DNA from: a virus
Strand: one strand, 5' to 3'
Virus record (IMG/VR): IMGVR_UViG_3300025133_000042
Span: 40,858 to 104,857 of that record
Length of the DNA: 64,000 nucleotides
Numbering within the stretch: position 1 is the first letter of the stretch; each line of letters begins with the position of its first letter. Below the pieces are notes generated by a model, which made no database searches, was not told where the DNA came from, and saw nothing but the letters and a program-made list of their open reading frames with translations. Shown one piece after another: positions 9,197 to 18,847 of the stretch. The translations under genes were made by a program, and so were the position numbers.

Positions 9197-12100
9197 TAGC
9201 CTAGCATCCTAAACGTGTGGCGAATTGATCGGGTGCTAAACCCCCAGTCTTCGCTATATTGAAGCTTTGCGGCATAAGGCCTGTTGATGTAAATATGATC
9301 ATCATCTTTAATCCCCCAGCACTTAATAGAGCTTGTCGTTGAAGTGTCGTCGATGACCTTGACAATCCAATAAAGCTTGTCATTTTTAGTTTTCTTGGGA
9401 ATGATTTCTCTCGGTATGAACCAAGAGATGCCCAAATCCTCATCGTAGTTGCCCAGCGGCGGGACCATGTTTCTGTTGATGGCCTCTCGGATTCTCTTAG
9501 TCAGGACCAAATCGAAAGGAAACATACCAGTAAGAGAAGAGACAAAATCAATCTTCTCTTCTCTCGTAAAATCCTCTTCTGGGGCGTATAAATTAATGTT
9601 TTCTTCCAGCTTCTTCTGACTCTTTGGCTTGTCTTGGATGCATGACATCCAAAAATGCTTGCAGCCAGTAAACCTCTCGTCGACTAATGAATCTAAAGCA
9701 CCGCTGCGACAGAGCACATCTAGTGCTTTTTTGTTCAATTTTGAATATACGATCTCTTCATTATATAGCAACTCCTCGACAGTGGTAAAAGGACGATTGT
9801 TGAGAATCTGCTCAACAGCCTTTTCGCCTAGGCCCTTGATGGAGCTGAAAGGCTGGATGAGGGTCTTCCCATCGCCTGCAATCTCCCATTGTTCAGTCGA
9901 GGTGTTGATGTTGATCTGCTCAATATTAAACCCATGTTTCTGAGCAAGGCTAATAGCTGCCTCTTTGCGAGATTCTGGCTCTTTGTCAAGGAAAGCTGCA
10001 GCCCAGCACTCAGGATAGTAGTTAAGAAGCCAGGCGCACTGGAAAGACAAGATTGAGTATGATACCGCATGCGACTTGTTAAAGCCATAGCCAGAGAAGT
10101 ACTCAAATTTCTGCCAAAGGCCTTGTGCCGTTGACCGATCGATGCCCTTCTCGACGCAGCCGGCAATAAACTTATCATAAATCTTGTTTTTTGCCTGTGC
10201 CCCCTTACCTGTACCTTTCTTGGTAAGGAGCTTGCGCAGCGCGTTGCCTTCATCCATTGTCAAATCCTTACCCAGCTTGTGAGCAAGAAGCGCAATCTGC
10301 TCTTGGAAAATCAAGAACCCTGCAGTTTCTTCGGTCACTCCTTTATCTAAGTCATTGAGATAATTAATCTCCTCAGGGCTGTGCTTGGCCTTAACATACC
10401 GCTTGTCCACTCCTGCGCTCAGGGGGCCTGGTCGATAAATAGAAGTAATGGCCGAGATATCAATAATATCTTTTGGCTTTGCGCGCTTGCAAAACTTTTG
10501 GGCTCCAGCGTTTGTAAACTGAAAAACGCCCATGAAATTTCCCTTTTGGAAAATGTTCTCATATACTTTTTGATCACTGAGATCGATCTTATCTGGGTGG
10601 AGCTTGGAATCATAATACTCCTTAATATCTTGGAAGGAGGGATTCTCGTTTCCATGGTATCGTTTTAAAACATGCCCGACTGCAGATTGGATCATCTCCA
10701 GGGTAGAGAGGCCGAGCAGATCAAACTTAATAAAACCCAAAGGCTCAAGGTGTCTAACGTTCTGGCCTTCCGACCAGGGCGTCTGGACAACCCCCTTCGA
10801 GCAGATAAGAGGCATGTGCCTGTCAAGATCTTCTCCAATCACGACGCCGCCGGCGTGGCGGCTCGTGGACCTCACTTGTCCTACTAGTGCTTCGACATGG
10901 GTCTTGATATCGGGATACTTGTCTAGAAACTTAATCAGCGAATCGGAATACTTCATCACCTCCTCGAAAGTTGGAATGTACATTCCTGCGCGAATGCCAT
11001 GATCTGCCTTTGCTTTTGGGGTTGCCTCCCTCACCATTCTTCCGGTGACAGAGTTGACCTCGACGAAAGGTACGTCGTAGAGCTTGCTAATATCCTTAAT
11101 CAACGAACGCAACTGAAGTGTGTTGAAGTTTGAAATGGGCACGACAGTTGTGTCTCCCCATTCCTTGGCAAGAATTTCTTTAAGCCCGAATGCATCGCTA
11201 ACATCGTAATCAATATCAGGATAGTCGGTCGCATCCGAGCGCAGAAAGCGGCTGAACAGAAGGCCATACTTAATCGGATCTACCTGAGTAATCCCAAGCG
11301 CGTACGCGACAAGAGAGCCCGCAGCGGAGCCGCGGCCGGGTCCGGAGAGCATGTGCTTGTTTGCCATGTCGCTAATCGCCTTCATGGTTAGGAAGTATTT
11401 GCTAAACCCCCTCTCGTTAATAACTGTAAGTTCATGCTTAAGACGGTCAATATATTCTTTGTTGTTGTCGAAGCCAAGCTTGCGAAGGGCAGCGATGGAC
11501 TCTTTGATGAGCGTCTCCTCTGCATCAGCGCCGGAAGGGACAACGAATCCAGGCAAGCGTACTGTGTCGTCTGGCATAAAAGCCTCAATTCGCTCATTCG
11601 CAATCCAGTGGGTTTTCACGAGAGAGTCATAAATCAAGTCATCATCATACTCAACGCCACACTCTTTGGAATACTTCTTATAGGACTCCCACATCTGATC
11701 GCCGTTCTTGGGGTATAGCTCCATGCCCATCTCGTCAACGTCAACTGGAAGTTCAGACTTGAGATATTCGGGCTTGTTCTTCGATTTACCAAGCCAACCT
11801 AAGCGCTTATAAAGCTCTCGGTCTTTCCAGGCAGCGGCGCTTGGGTAATGTGAATCAGCAGTAGAGATAAGGTCAATGTCAAACTCCTCATGCATCTGGA
11901 TGACATATTTATTTAGCTCGTGCTGCTCTGGTACATTGTTCCATTGCAGCTCGCCATACCAGCGGTCTCCAAGACAATCCATCATCTTGCGTGTGGTGGC
12001 CCTCATGGCGCCCAGGACTGCTTCAGGGCCGTCGTCGCGATTGTTCCAATAGTCTTTGGCGTAAACGCCGCCAAGACACGCAGAAGAGGCAATAACTCCC

Positions 12101-12627
12101 TCGCCATGCTCCTTTAAGAGCTTGTAGTCTAGCCTAGGCTTGCGATAGAAGTTATCACCCTGGTGAGAGTCAGAAACTATCTTGAAGATATTGTTCAAGC
12201 CAGTCTGATTCATAGCTAGCAACACAAGATGACCGCTATTATTAAGTTTGCTGGACTTGCCCTTAGAAGCCGTTTCGTCTTCTGCTTCGACTTTATCTGT
12301 GTCGTTGATGACCTTACGTGCTTGCTTCTTATCTTCTTTAATTCGATCGTACTCTCCCCTCCACTCCTCGATGGAGGCAATAAAATAGGCCTCGACGCCG
12401 AAGATTGGCTTAAAGGTCTTGCCTTGGGACTGCATCTTCTTTGCATGCAGAACCTGATAAGACAGACCATTCATGTTCCCATGGTCTGTCAAAGCAAGGG
12501 CCTCCATGCCATTTTCATATGCAAAGTCCATATGGTCTTGCGGATATCCAAAACCATCGAAGACCGAACCAGCAACGCTGTGTGCGTGCAAACCCACGAA
12601 GGGAATCTTACTCTCTTTTCTATTCAT
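9196..12627 (-). CDS. dnaE: DNA polymerase III alpha subunit (family C)
   Basis: PHP domain (LHAHS, TDHG, GVE, SACLGG, DSHY), GRGSAAGS, PDIDYD, KFDLLGL, YGFNKSHA, HhH IKGLG; likely start 12627. Confidence 0.97.
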   Translation of the reverse strand: MNRKESKIPFVGLHAHSVAGSVFDGFGYPQDHMDFAYENGMEALALTDHGNMNGLSYQVLHAKKMQSQGKTFKPIFGVEAYFIASIEEWRGEYDRIKEDKKQARKVINDTDKVEAEDETASKGKSSKLNNSGHLVLLAMNQTGLNNIFKIVSDSHQGDNFYRKPRLDYKLLKEHGEGVIASSACLGGVYAKDYWNNRDDGPEAVLGAMRATTRKMMDCLGDRWYGELQWNNVPEQHELNKYVIQMHEEFDIDLISTADSHYPSAAAWKDRELYKRLGWLGKSKNKPEYLKSELPVDVDEMGMELYPKNGDQMWESYKKYSKECGVEYDDDLIYDSLVKTHWIANERIEAFMPDDTVRLPGFVVPSGADAEETLIKESIAALRKLGFDNNKEYIDRLKHELTVINERGFSKYFLTMKAISDMANKHMLSGPGRGSAAGSLVAYALGITQVDPIKYGLLFSRFLRSDATDYPDIDYDVSDAFGLKEILAKEWGDTTVVPISNFNTLQLRSLIKDISKLYDVPFVEVNSVTGRMVREATPKAKADHGIRAGMYIPTFEEVMKYSDSLIKFLDKYPDIKTHVEALVGQVRSTSRHAGGVVIGEDLDRHMPLICSKGVVQTPWSEGQNVRHLEPLGFIKFDLLGLSTLEMIQSAVGHVLKRYHGNENPSFQDIKEYYDSKLHPDKIDLSDQKVYENIFQKGNFMGVFQFTNAGAQKFCKRAKPKDIIDISAITSIYRPGPLSAGVDKRYVKAKHSPEEINYLNDLDKGVTEETAGFLIFQEQIALLAHKLGKDLTMDEGNALRKLLTKKGTGKGAQAKNKIYDKFIAGCVEKGIDRSTAQGLWQKFEYFSGYGFNKSHAVSYSILSFQCAWLLNYYPECWAAAFLDKEPESRKEAAISLAQKHGFNIEQININTSTEQWEIAGDGKTLIQPFSSIKGLGEKAVEQILNNRPFTTVEELLYNEEIVYSKLNKKALDVLCRSGALDSLVDERFTGCKHFWMSCIQDKPKSQKKLEENINLYAPEEDFTREEKIDFVSSLTGMFPFDLVLTKRIREAINRNMVPPLGNYDEDLGISWFIPREIIPKKTKNDKLYWIVKVIDDTSTTSSIKCWGIKDDDHIYINRPYAAKLQYSEDWGFSTRSIRHTFRMLG

Positions 12628-12643
12628 ATTTGCCTCTGCAGAC

Positions 12644-12671
12644 ATTATAGAGACACAAAAGAGGAAATCAA
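12644..12671 (-). promoter_or_regulatory. sigma70-like promoter upstream of dnaE
   Basis: TTGATT-N16-TATAAT. Confidence 0.6.
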
Positions 12672-12868
12672 ACAGAAAGTGAATTATCTTTTTCAAAGAG
12701 GTAGAGACCAGTCTCTTCTAGGTTCAGCCTCTTTGGGATGGCTGCAAGCGGAAGAAGGCCATGAATGACAAAGACCAGGCCGGTGAGAAGCAGGCGCGCT
12801 CCAATTCCGCATGCAAAAAGTAAATGCTCCAGATATGACATATTTTTCTCTTGTAAGTGTTTAAACAT
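12668..12868 (-). CDS. DUF6356-like small membrane protein
   Basis: HL..NMSYLEHL.FA....IHGLLP pattern. Confidence 0.7.
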   Translation of the reverse strand: MFKHLQEKNMSYLEHLLFACGIGARLLLTGLVFVIHGLLPLAAIPKRLNLEETGLYLFEKDNSLSV

Positions 12869-13637
12869 CGTCTTCTACTCCTATACCGCTTAACTCGTTT
12901 TTCGGTATTAACGCGGGCTTTTGCAATGACTGCGAAAGAGCCTCTAAGTAAGTATCCCAACAAACAATACTGTCATAAGTTTTTATCTCTATCTTTTTAA
13001 AATTATTTACTTCTTCAAATATTCTTATGTCTTGGTCATTGTACCTATCATGAGAATATTTTTTTATAATCACATCCAAAGTTGAAGGGGGGAAGCTGGC
13101 GCCCAAGAAATCATTAGTCGCTATTGACTTGCCCTCAGAAGAGAGAGATATGCTTTCGCCTGAGCTTATTTCAGATCGGTATGGCTGTATGCAGCTTGGG
13201 TCGTATACCCCGCAAGGAAATGAAACATAGTAGCTTGTGGGCTTGAGCCATTTGCTCATCCCAGCTGATATCTTCTTCGATGTCAAGCCGCCGGCTAGAA
13301 TTGAAAGCCAAGTGTTCTTCTGTTTGTAGAACCTTACGCCAACAGGAACATAGTATATCTTTATAAGCTTTCGATGCTCGTCAGGATATCTAGCTCTTGT
13401 TCTATTAAAGTAAACAGGATCATAGACGTAATCGCCGATTGCGTGGCGGACCAGCGGCTTGGTGTCGTCGTCGCACACTAGCCAGATTGTATTACATCCA
13501 GCATATGCGCACTCTATTACAGCGCGTTCGATGGCCAAGTAATTTAATGATATTGGCAACAAGGCGGGCCCGACAGGGCTGGTGATTTCAGACTCAATGC
13601 CTGAAACAGGGATTATTCCGGCTATATGTCGTATCAT
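12861..13637 (-). CDS. Nucleotidyltransferase (NTP_transferase)-fold protein, degenerate
   Basis: IAGIIPVSG...PALLPI...AIERAVIECAYAGCNTIWLV mirrors sugar-phosphate nucleotidyltransferase N-termini but lacks GxGTR. Confidence 0.6.
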   Translation of the reverse strand: MIRHIAGIIPVSGIESEITSPVGPALLPISLNYLAIERAVIECAYAGCNTIWLVCDDDTKPLVRHAIGDYVYDPVYFNRTRARYPDEHRKLIKIYYVPVGVRFYKQKNTWLSILAGGLTSKKISAGMSKWLKPTSYYVSFPCGVYDPSCIQPYRSEISSGESISLSSEGKSIATNDFLGASFPPSTLDVIIKKYSHDRYNDQDIRIFEEVNNFKKIEIKTYDSIVCWDTYLEALSQSLQKPALIPKNELSGIGVEDDV

Positions 13638-13647
13638 TAAGAACCTT

Positions 13648-14298
13648 TCAGGAAGTTAATTCTACCACATGATAAAGTTGTTTTTCAATTGGGTAGACAT
13701 CTCTCTTCCAGAGATTCATCTTGGTCTCTACTCCAGCAGAGGAGAAAAGCTTTTCTAACTTCTGTCTTATAGTTGTGTCCGAATACTCTAGATCTTGAAG
13801 GTCTTCGGAAGTGAGATGCTGTTCGACGAGAACATCCCTCTTGTCGTTCTTTTGATCTATTCTTGTAGAAGGAAATGTCTTAATTGATTTAACCTTGCCC
13901 CAAGTATGGTACTGGACTTCCAGGGTCTCTGATGAGCCTCGTACATCAAGCCAGTCTATGACCCTGTAATAGTCTACTTCGCTATCTACTTCCGAACAAG
14001 CGACGTTCGACGCGCTGAAGAGATGCACCCTGGGACAAACAATGCTTGTCTTAACTCGGGGATGATGCACTATCATTCCGTCACGCAAATCAATAGCGAC
14101 GGGCGGGGTGGTAAAAGGCGTACGCCCTTCAAGGGCGGCGTTCCAGAGCATGCTAGCTGCCATTTCTTCTTCTGGTTCATATGAGTGATATTTTAACCTA
14201 GAGTTGAGGATGATGTTTAAGCCGCACTCATCTGCGAACTGCATAGCGGCCATGGTGTGGCCAATAACAACATCCTCTTCCAGATTTAAAACTAGCAT
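13648..14298 (-). CDS. Hypothetical protein (degenerate Rossmann-like start)
   Basis: DVVIGHTMAAMQFA N-terminus. Confidence 0.6.
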   Translation of the reverse strand: MLVLNLEEDVVIGHTMAAMQFADECGLNIILNSRLKYHSYEPEEEMAASMLWNAALEGRTPFTTPPVAIDLRDGMIVHHPRVKTSIVCPRVHLFSASNVACSEVDSEVDYYRVIDWLDVRGSSETLEVQYHTWGKVKSIKTFPSTRIDQKNDKRDVLVEQHLTSEDLQDLEYSDTTIRQKLEKLFSSAGVETKMNLWKRDVYPIEKQLYHVVELTS

Positions 14299-14960
14299 CC
14301 AGGCACAAAGTTTCTTTCTACTTTAATAAGGCGATGCCATTTTTTGAGCAAGGATAGGTGCAACGGCTTTTCTCGGCAACGGCCGTCGGCTTTTGGGGCT
14401 CTGATTGCGGTGACCCATGCAGCAACCCACCGTCGTTCCGGAGTTTTGTATCTGCAAAGACTTTTGACTTTTGGCAACCTCTTTATTATGTGCTGCATCC
14501 AAGCATGGGCCGCGGCCACGTGGTCGGATCGATCGATCCCGTATCCCCTCTTCTTATTTTCCCACCATGGCCACATCTGTAGAATGCCGAGTGCCATGGG
14601 CTTCCTTTTCGATTTGCTGAATTTATGATCCCCCTTGGCATTGGGATTGTATCCGCTCTCCTTGCAGGCGGCTGCAAGGAGCATCCCGCGAAGTGACGCA
14701 GGAACTGAATATTGTTTTTCAATTTCAATCAAATCATTAATTATGCCTTCACTTGCTAGCGACACGTTCTTCACGTTCCTGCAGTTGATAATGGCCTGCT
14801 CTCTTATTTCTTCATAAGTTACAGGGCCGTCGACGTCATTTGAGATGGGGTTGACGAACGCCGGCGCCTCAGTCTCATAAAGATTAATCAAGCTGACATA
14901 AGGATTCGTGTCTCCAGGAGCCAGCGCTTGCATCACAAGGATAGGTAATATATACTTCAT
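14292..14960 (-). CDS. Lytic transglycosylase (SLT-like), candidate endolysin
   Basis: AAACKESGYNPNAKG (catalytic Glu motif) and ALGILQM; hydrophobic N-terminus; late motif upstream. Confidence 0.75.
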   Translation of the reverse strand: MKYILPILVMQALAPGDTNPYVSLINLYETEAPAFVNPISNDVDGPVTYEEIREQAIINCRNVKNVSLASEGIINDLIEIEKQYSVPASLRGMLLAAACKESGYNPNAKGDHKFSKSKRKPMALGILQMWPWWENKKRGYGIDRSDHVAAAHAWMQHIIKRLPKVKSLCRYKTPERRWVAAWVTAIRAPKADGRCREKPLHLSLLKKWHRLIKVERNFVPGC

Positions 14961-14995
14961 ACTTAAAGAGATCTCCAAAGCTCCATATAAGTAGT

Positions 14996-15268
14996 TTACT
15001 TATCAGAATCAACAAAAGCAATTACACTATTTTCTGGAATAATATGAAATACTTGGCCGTCATACTGGACTTCTTCTAAAAGGTGAGCATGAACCAATAG
15101 TCGTGAACCTCTGACAAGGTCAGTGTAGTCATTAGGCTGTACAAGCTTAACAAATACATAAGGCTGGTCTCTTTCCTTAAAATTATCAGGAACCAACACA
15201 AGATTTTTTTGCTCCTGTGCTGATTCCACTGGCGTAACTATTAAATATTTATTAACTGGGTGTAACAT
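14996..15268 (-). CDS. groS: Co-chaperonin GroES-like
   Basis: LHPVNKYLIV...LVLVPD...EVQYDGQVFHIIPENSVIA, 90 aa. Confidence 0.8.
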   Translation of the reverse strand: MLHPVNKYLIVTPVESAQEQKNLVLVPDNFKERDQPYVFVKLVQPNDYTDLVRGSRLLVHAHLLEEVQYDGQVFHIIPENSVIAFVDSDK

Positions 15269-15269
15269 T

Positions 15270-15518
15270 TCACACCTTTTTATCGTTTAGTTCGTTAAAA
15301 TAGCTAGTAAACTGAGTAATATCATCGCCCTTGCGAAGCATTCTATAAGCTCGAACAGCTTGCCTCATCTCATCTCGGGAGAGCCACCCATTTCGAGCAT
15401 AGTTTGTACGCAAATCGCGCTTATGCTCCTTATATGGCTCCATCTCATCTTCAATCGCCTTCAGGGCCCGAACATACTCAACAACATAATCTTCTTTCGA
15501 CATATAATCAGTAGACAT
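15270..15518 (-). CDS. GapR/DUF2312/T4 DsbA-like DNA-binding protein
   Basis: YVRALKAIEDEM...KRDLR...G...MRQAVRAYR helical pattern, 82 aa. Confidence 0.6.
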   Translation of the reverse strand: MSTDYMSKEDYVVEYVRALKAIEDEMEPYKEHKRDLRTNYARNGWLSRDEMRQAVRAYRMLRKGDDITQFTSYFNELNDKKV

Positions 15519-15549
15519 ATCAACCTCCGTGTGTCATAACTGCACTACA

Positions 15550-15577
15550 ATAATAAACACATTAGTTTTCTTGTCAA
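15550..15577 (-). promoter_or_regulatory. sigma70-like promoter
   Basis: TTGACA-N16-TATTAT with AATGTG before the -10. Confidence 0.65.
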
Positions 15578-15586
15578 GGCATTATA

Positions 15587-17443
15587 CTAAATAACCTCGC
15601 AAGACCCTCCCGAACAGGCCAGCTCGCCAGTTAAATTAGTATTGTCATCAAACTCAACAACTTTTGCGATATCAACTTCGCGCAGAGAGCATGCGAGATT
15701 TTCGTACTCTTCCTTTGTACAGTCTTCAAATGGCGCCTGCTTGTACGTGTGGTCCGAAAAAGGCAAAACAGATAGGCCGTTATAAGTCGCTCTGTTCTCC
15801 CACATCCATTCACGAACAACATCCCATTCGTCCTCTCTGATAGAAACAGTCGCAGATACATTATGTGTATTCTGGCCGCGGCCATGGCCGGGGCGGACCC
15901 AATCAGAAGATATTTTCTTAATCCGACGAAGCAAATCCAAGCACCCTTCCTGTCTTGTAATCGCATTCTCTGGGGCCCTCTGGGGAACGGAAATAACAGC
16001 TGTATCATGGGGCCTAAAAAATTCATCCTCAACCAAATCGGCGTTATGAATAGCCAAATGCGTATAGATGGCTTCATTCTTGCCAACACGTAGTCGACGA
16101 ATATAATAGTCGTTATGCCATGCATGGATACCACTAGATGTCCCCAGCGTTAAAGATGTTGTTCCTGCAGGCTTAACACAGGTTGTCCGAGTGGCCGGCC
16201 GAATGTTGATTAAGGACGCGACGCGTCGGTTTTCTCTCCTAACAACGGAAGAAGCCGATTTCATATTTAAATCCAAAACGCGGCCGGAGGCAATACCAGT
16301 CATGGAGACCCCAATAAGCGCATCCTTTTCTGTTGTCCGGCGCCACACGTCGCGGAGATAATGAAAATCAGTATATCCTGCTTGCAAGGTTGCAATGAAG
16401 CTGGCTGCGCGGCAGCGGCTCTCATAGTCCTCTTGGCCGGTAAGATCAGAAGCGTTAACCTCGACCAAGTTGCAAAATTGATATGGCCTGAGGGCGATCT
16501 CGCAACACGGATTCGTGCCCCAGTCTTTGTCGTTTGAAAAATAGAACCCGGGCTCGCCGGCGCCGCTTGCTCTCACTCTTTCCCAAATTGAATTGAAGAA
16601 ATCTTTTGTTATAAGGTGTCGCATGAGGACAACTGAGTTGTTGGCTCTTCCTCGCTGAGGATTTGTCTCCCACCAATCTCCTGTCTTTGCTGCAAGCATT
16701 TCTTCATCTTCTGCGGAAAAAAGTGAAATAAGAGCAGCCCGACGGATCCCCCCGGCAAGAACAGCATCAGCAATATGACAAATGATATCATGCACTTCGA
16801 TAGGCTCAAGCTTGTCACCGCTCTCCTTCGCATCAAGAATTCCTCGTATCTTAAGGAGGCATTCTTTCAACGGTTGAGGGCCGGGAGCTTTGCCTCCAGA
16901 TGTAACTAGTCTGCTGCCTTTCGGACGGATGTCAGAAAAATCAAATTTTAATTTTGATCCGCCTTTAAAGTATGAGTTAACTAAAACCTTTACTGCGTCG
17001 GCCCATCCTTCGATCGAATCACCGATAAGATATCGCCTAGAGCGCTTTGCACTCGGCATCTGAAGTTCCGGGAGCTTATCAACATGGTGCCTTTGAACAG
17101 AATATCCAACACCAGTGCCGCCAAGAAGGAGAAACATGCACTCAGAAAAAGAAGCGACATGATCGATAGGCATATAAGCACAGTTGTATATCCTGTTAGG
17201 TGCCACTTCAATCGGCTTGCCCCCGAATTGCATGGAGCGCATGGATGGTAAAACTTTTTTCGCATAGACGTAATTATAAGCCTCTTCGACTTCAGTCCTT
17301 AAATTCGGATACTTCTTAAGGTGCATGGCCTTGTTGCGATCGACTAATTCCTCCCAGGTTTCACGTCTGTCTTCCTGCTTCAGATATCTTGCATATTTCA
17401 TATAAACAGTGATATCTGACAAAATTTTACTAGCTAGGTCCAT
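15587..17443 (-). CDS. nrdJ: Class II (B12-dependent) ribonucleotide reductase
   Basis: RRETWEE, YNC, GGIRRAA, TNPCCEI, CVKPAGT, C-terminal CSGGSC; no small-subunit gene nearby. Confidence 0.93.
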   Translation of the reverse strand: MDLASKILSDITVYMKYARYLKQEDRRETWEELVDRNKAMHLKKYPNLRTEVEEAYNYVYAKKVLPSMRSMQFGGKPIEVAPNRIYNCAYMPIDHVASFSECMFLLLGGTGVGYSVQRHHVDKLPELQMPSAKRSRRYLIGDSIEGWADAVKVLVNSYFKGGSKLKFDFSDIRPKGSRLVTSGGKAPGPQPLKECLLKIRGILDAKESGDKLEPIEVHDIICHIADAVLAGGIRRAALISLFSAEDEEMLAAKTGDWWETNPQRGRANNSVVLMRHLITKDFFNSIWERVRASGAGEPGFYFSNDKDWGTNPCCEIALRPYQFCNLVEVNASDLTGQEDYESRCRAASFIATLQAGYTDFHYLRDVWRRTTEKDALIGVSMTGIASGRVLDLNMKSASSVVRRENRRVASLINIRPATRTTCVKPAGTTSLTLGTSSGIHAWHNDYYIRRLRVGKNEAIYTHLAIHNADLVEDEFFRPHDTAVISVPQRAPENAITRQEGCLDLLRRIKKISSDWVRPGHGRGQNTHNVSATVSIREDEWDVVREWMWENRATYNGLSVLPFSDHTYKQAPFEDCTKEEYENLACSLREVDIAKVVEFDDNTNLTGELACSGGSCEVI

Positions 17444-18803
17444 TTTTTCTTTCCTTCTTGAATTGTTTGTAGTGTTCTGTTAGGCTTTTTGCTAACTGCC
17501 GTGGTGAGCTACTCTGGTTTATAACAGAAGGATCAATAGGTTCCAATACTTGGAGTGTAACATTGCTTGTGTCGATATGCATAGGGAACACTAGGCCGTC
17601 GGGGCCGTTGCGATTTTTTGCAACAAACATTCTTGCAGTATTCGCATTTTTGTCCCTGATTGTCCTTGAAATAGAACAAATAAAGTCCGCTACAAAACAC
17701 TTGTTAAACGCCTCCGAAATAGATTCCATAGTTACAACTTCTGCGTTCAATCCAGTCCTGTTTGTTTGGGATGCCGTCCACAGCGGGCACTTGTTTTCTT
17801 GCGCAATTGCCCTAAGGTCTTCATAAATAGACTCTAGTTCATTCCTTTTCTCCTTGAAGTTTGTGCAGCTTCGGAGCAAATCAGCGTAATCTACTATAAT
17901 CATGTCGATTTTTTGATTTTGTTTTTTTAATTTTTCTATATGAGATCTGATAGTATTGGGCGAGGCCGTTTTGGTCGGATACTCTTTAATAATCAATCGA
18001 CCTGGAATATCAGCAATGGCCTCCATGACCTCGTCCTTTCTATTAAAAAGAGTCGACAGAGGAATTCCGGATATGCAACTATCATATCTCTGACCAGTAA
18101 TTTCTTCGGAAAGCTCTAATGTGTAGTGCACTACATTTTTTCCAGTCTTAACGGCTTGGACGCCGAGGTGCGCTAGCGCCATAGATTTGCCGGCGCCCGT
18201 TGGTGCAATAACAACTCCCAGCTCGCCGGTCCCTAAGCCGCTCTTTGTCAATTTATCAATTCTGCTCCATCCAGTGGTAATCGGATTTCGTATTTTAATT
18301 TCATATCGGCGCTCAAAGTCTTTAATAAAGTCATGACCAAAGTCATTGTCCATGCCAAGCTTAAGTGCGTTGTCAATCACATTCTTGACTTCATCATAAG
18401 ATGAATTTTGAACCAGATCAACAGATTGTACCAAGGCCTCTTTCAGCTTTTGCCTCTTGCAGAAATCAAGAGAAGTAGATTTAATATACTTCTCGTCTGG
18501 AATACTGTTCTTTATCAACAGTCGGGCAAAATAATCTCGAACCTGCTTTTGGGTCGATTCATTCTCGTTATCCATCTCGGTGCGCAAAATCGTTGCCAAT
18601 GTCTGCTTCGTTGGATGGACGCCATATTCATTACGATAATCAAACAGCTTCTTGATAAACACCCTCAGGTATTTAAGCTCGAAAAAGTTAATATCTACAA
18701 TTTCTTCCATTTGATCCGCGAATGGACGATCTTCAATTATTAGATGAAGAAGGTCCTCTTGGAATCTCTTTCCATATTTTGAAAAGTCCGCTTCTAGTTT
18801 CAT
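17430..18803 (-). CDS. DnaB/gp41-like replicative helicase
   Basis: Walker A APTGAGKS, IIVDYADLL, WTASQTNR, KNRNG. Confidence 0.95.
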   Translation of the reverse strand: MKLEADFSKYGKRFQEDLLHLIIEDRPFADQMEEIVDINFFELKYLRVFIKKLFDYRNEYGVHPTKQTLATILRTEMDNENESTQKQVRDYFARLLIKNSIPDEKYIKSTSLDFCKRQKLKEALVQSVDLVQNSSYDEVKNVIDNALKLGMDNDFGHDFIKDFERRYEIKIRNPITTGWSRIDKLTKSGLGTGELGVVIAPTGAGKSMALAHLGVQAVKTGKNVVHYTLELSEEITGQRYDSCISGIPLSTLFNRKDEVMEAIADIPGRLIIKEYPTKTASPNTIRSHIEKLKKQNQKIDMIIVDYADLLRSCTNFKEKRNELESIYEDLRAIAQENKCPLWTASQTNRTGLNAEVVTMESISEAFNKCFVADFICSISRTIRDKNANTARMFVAKNRNGPDGLVFPMHIDTSNVTLQVLEPIDPSVINQSSSPRQLAKSLTEHYKQFKKERKNGPS

Positions 18804-18819
18804 TTCCTACCTCTTAAAC

Positions 18820-18847
18820 AGAATAGCTACATTTTATTAGTTGTCTA
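18820..18847 (-). promoter_or_regulatory. sigma70-like promoter upstream of helicase
   Basis: TAGACA-N16-TATTCT. Confidence 0.5.
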
